DNA of 64,000 nucleotides from Neocallimastix sp. 'constans' (Eukaryota): NCBI GenBank assembly GCA_050613775.1, contig JBODTK010000108.1, positions 124,001 to 188,000 of the forward strand, read 5' to 3'. Shown piece by piece: positions 62,382 to 64,000 of this stretch (position 1 is its first letter; each line of letters starts with the position of its first letter). The notes under the pieces were generated by a model. It saw only the letters and a program-made list of their open reading frames with translations, ran no database searches and was not told where the DNA came from. The position numbers and the translations under genes were made by a program.

Positions 62382-64000
62382 AAAAAGAATATTATTCCCC
62401 TCTTCAATTTAATTATTATAAATTATTTTTAATCTTATTTCTTAGTTATTATTTTTATTTTTTTTATTTTATTATTATTGCTAATAGTATTATTTGTTAT
62501 TATTATTTGTTTAATAATATATTATATGACCTTTTTAAGATTTATATAAAATAAATCAAAATTGTTTTAAAGTAATATATATATATTATTTTTAAATCAT
62601 GAAAATGAAATTTAAATAAAAATTCTTCTACTGATAAATAATAAAATATTTATTAAATATATAAAAAAATTATATATAATAAAATAAAGTAATACTACTT
62701 TATTATTATAAAATAAAATTTTTATTTTTGTATTTTTTTTTTCTAACAGATATTATCACTTTTTAAATAAAAAGTGTTAAAATATTATAAAACTTTATTA
62801 TTTATTTATTTATTTACTGATATATATGTATAATATTTTCTTTTATTTTTATTTTTATTTTTATTTTTATTTTTATTTATATACTTTATTTTTTATTTAA
62901 TTTAATAATTATTTTATTATATTCGGTTTTTAGTTTTTATTATTATTTTTTTTTATTAAAATAGAAAATTTTAAAAAATAATAAAACCTTAAATAATAAT
63001 AAAATCCAATTCAATTATAATATTAAACTATCAAGAATTAAATAATTAAATAGATAATACATAAATATATAATATATAATAATTCAATAGATAAAACTAT
63101 ATATATTATATTTATTTATTTATTATGATGATACATTGAAAAACAAAAGGATACATACAAAAATATGGCAGTTAATAAAAACATATTAAAATATTAAAGT
63201 ATTTAAATAGGAATAACTATTAGACTTCTATAGAATTTATAAATTCATACCACAGCGAAAAGCTGTAAATATGTTATTGATATATTACAAATATTATTAA
63301 GTGATATTATTTATTACAAAAATAATTAATATTAAGATTAATAATATGCTATTTATTATCATTATTTTTTTTTCATGAGTTTAATTTCTATATAAGCAAC
63401 AATATATAATATATAATAATTATTATAATATAATTTTTTAATAAATGATTAATACAGTTTATTCATTTTACATTTTATTATGATATAGAAAAGAAATTAT
63501 TCATAAATAAATTTAAATATATTAAAAATGTACATACGTATAAATAGATGCTTTTTTTTTTTTTTACTTTTATAAAGTCATTTATTTATAGGTAATATAT
63601 ATTTTATTTTTATAAATAATTATTAATAGATTTGTACTACTTTCATATTAATATAAAGAAAAAAGGAAAAAAAATAATTTTTTAAGATTTAATAAATAAT
63701 TTTTTTTTTTTAAAAAAAAGGTTTTTGATCCTTATATATTATTGGTCAAATAGAATTTACTAATTTAATTAAATTTAGTAAAAAAAAAATATATTTTATT
63801 ATTTATAAAAAAAATATCACCTCTTTTAAATAATAAATAAAAGAAATATAATATTTTTTATAATATATATAATTAAAAACTTTTAATATTTATATTTAAA
63901 AAAACAGTTATTTTTTTTTTAAATTTAAAAAATTAAAATTGTAGATAATATTATAATATAAAATAATTAATAGATAAAGCCCTTTTTAATTTTTTAACTA

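Overview
Extremely AT-rich (roughly 85% A+T by eye), intron-rich eukaryotic DNA. The gene content (Vrg4, Vps68, Ncb2, Not2, Stm1, ELO), GT-AG introns and homopolymer/microsatellite load point to a fungus, most plausibly an anaerobic gut fungus (Neocallimastigomycota; inference). Most short ORFs in the supplied track are microsatellite artefacts. I assembled eight spliced host genes by hand: a GDP-mannose transporter (VRG4), NC2-beta (NCB2/Dr1), MutL homologue PMS1 (12 exons), a Vps68/TMEM50 protein, NOT2, a signal-peptide/TM/SH3 (Fus1-like) protein, a Stm1/SERBP1-type RNA-binding protein and an ELO/GNS1-SUR4 family protein. There is also one intronless orphan ORF, several degraded or nested LINE retrotransposons, and many tandem and inverted repeats. 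Most interesting: (1) the 7-exon ELO gene has an intact frame but has lost its catalytic motifs (HxxHH->HIWRH, KxxExxDT->KIYQLTGS), so it is a candidate pseudo-elongase; (2) a decayed coding fragment at 35.7-36.6 kb, held between direct repeats, has RIP/Shiga-like spacing (ExxRF, then EN[W] 36 residues later) and a Cys-bounded polybasic loop; (3) a nested LINE insertion has an unusually long ~265 bp flanking duplication, and LINE copies share a 3' stem-loop tail; (4) several 3' splice sites directly follow poly(A) tracts.
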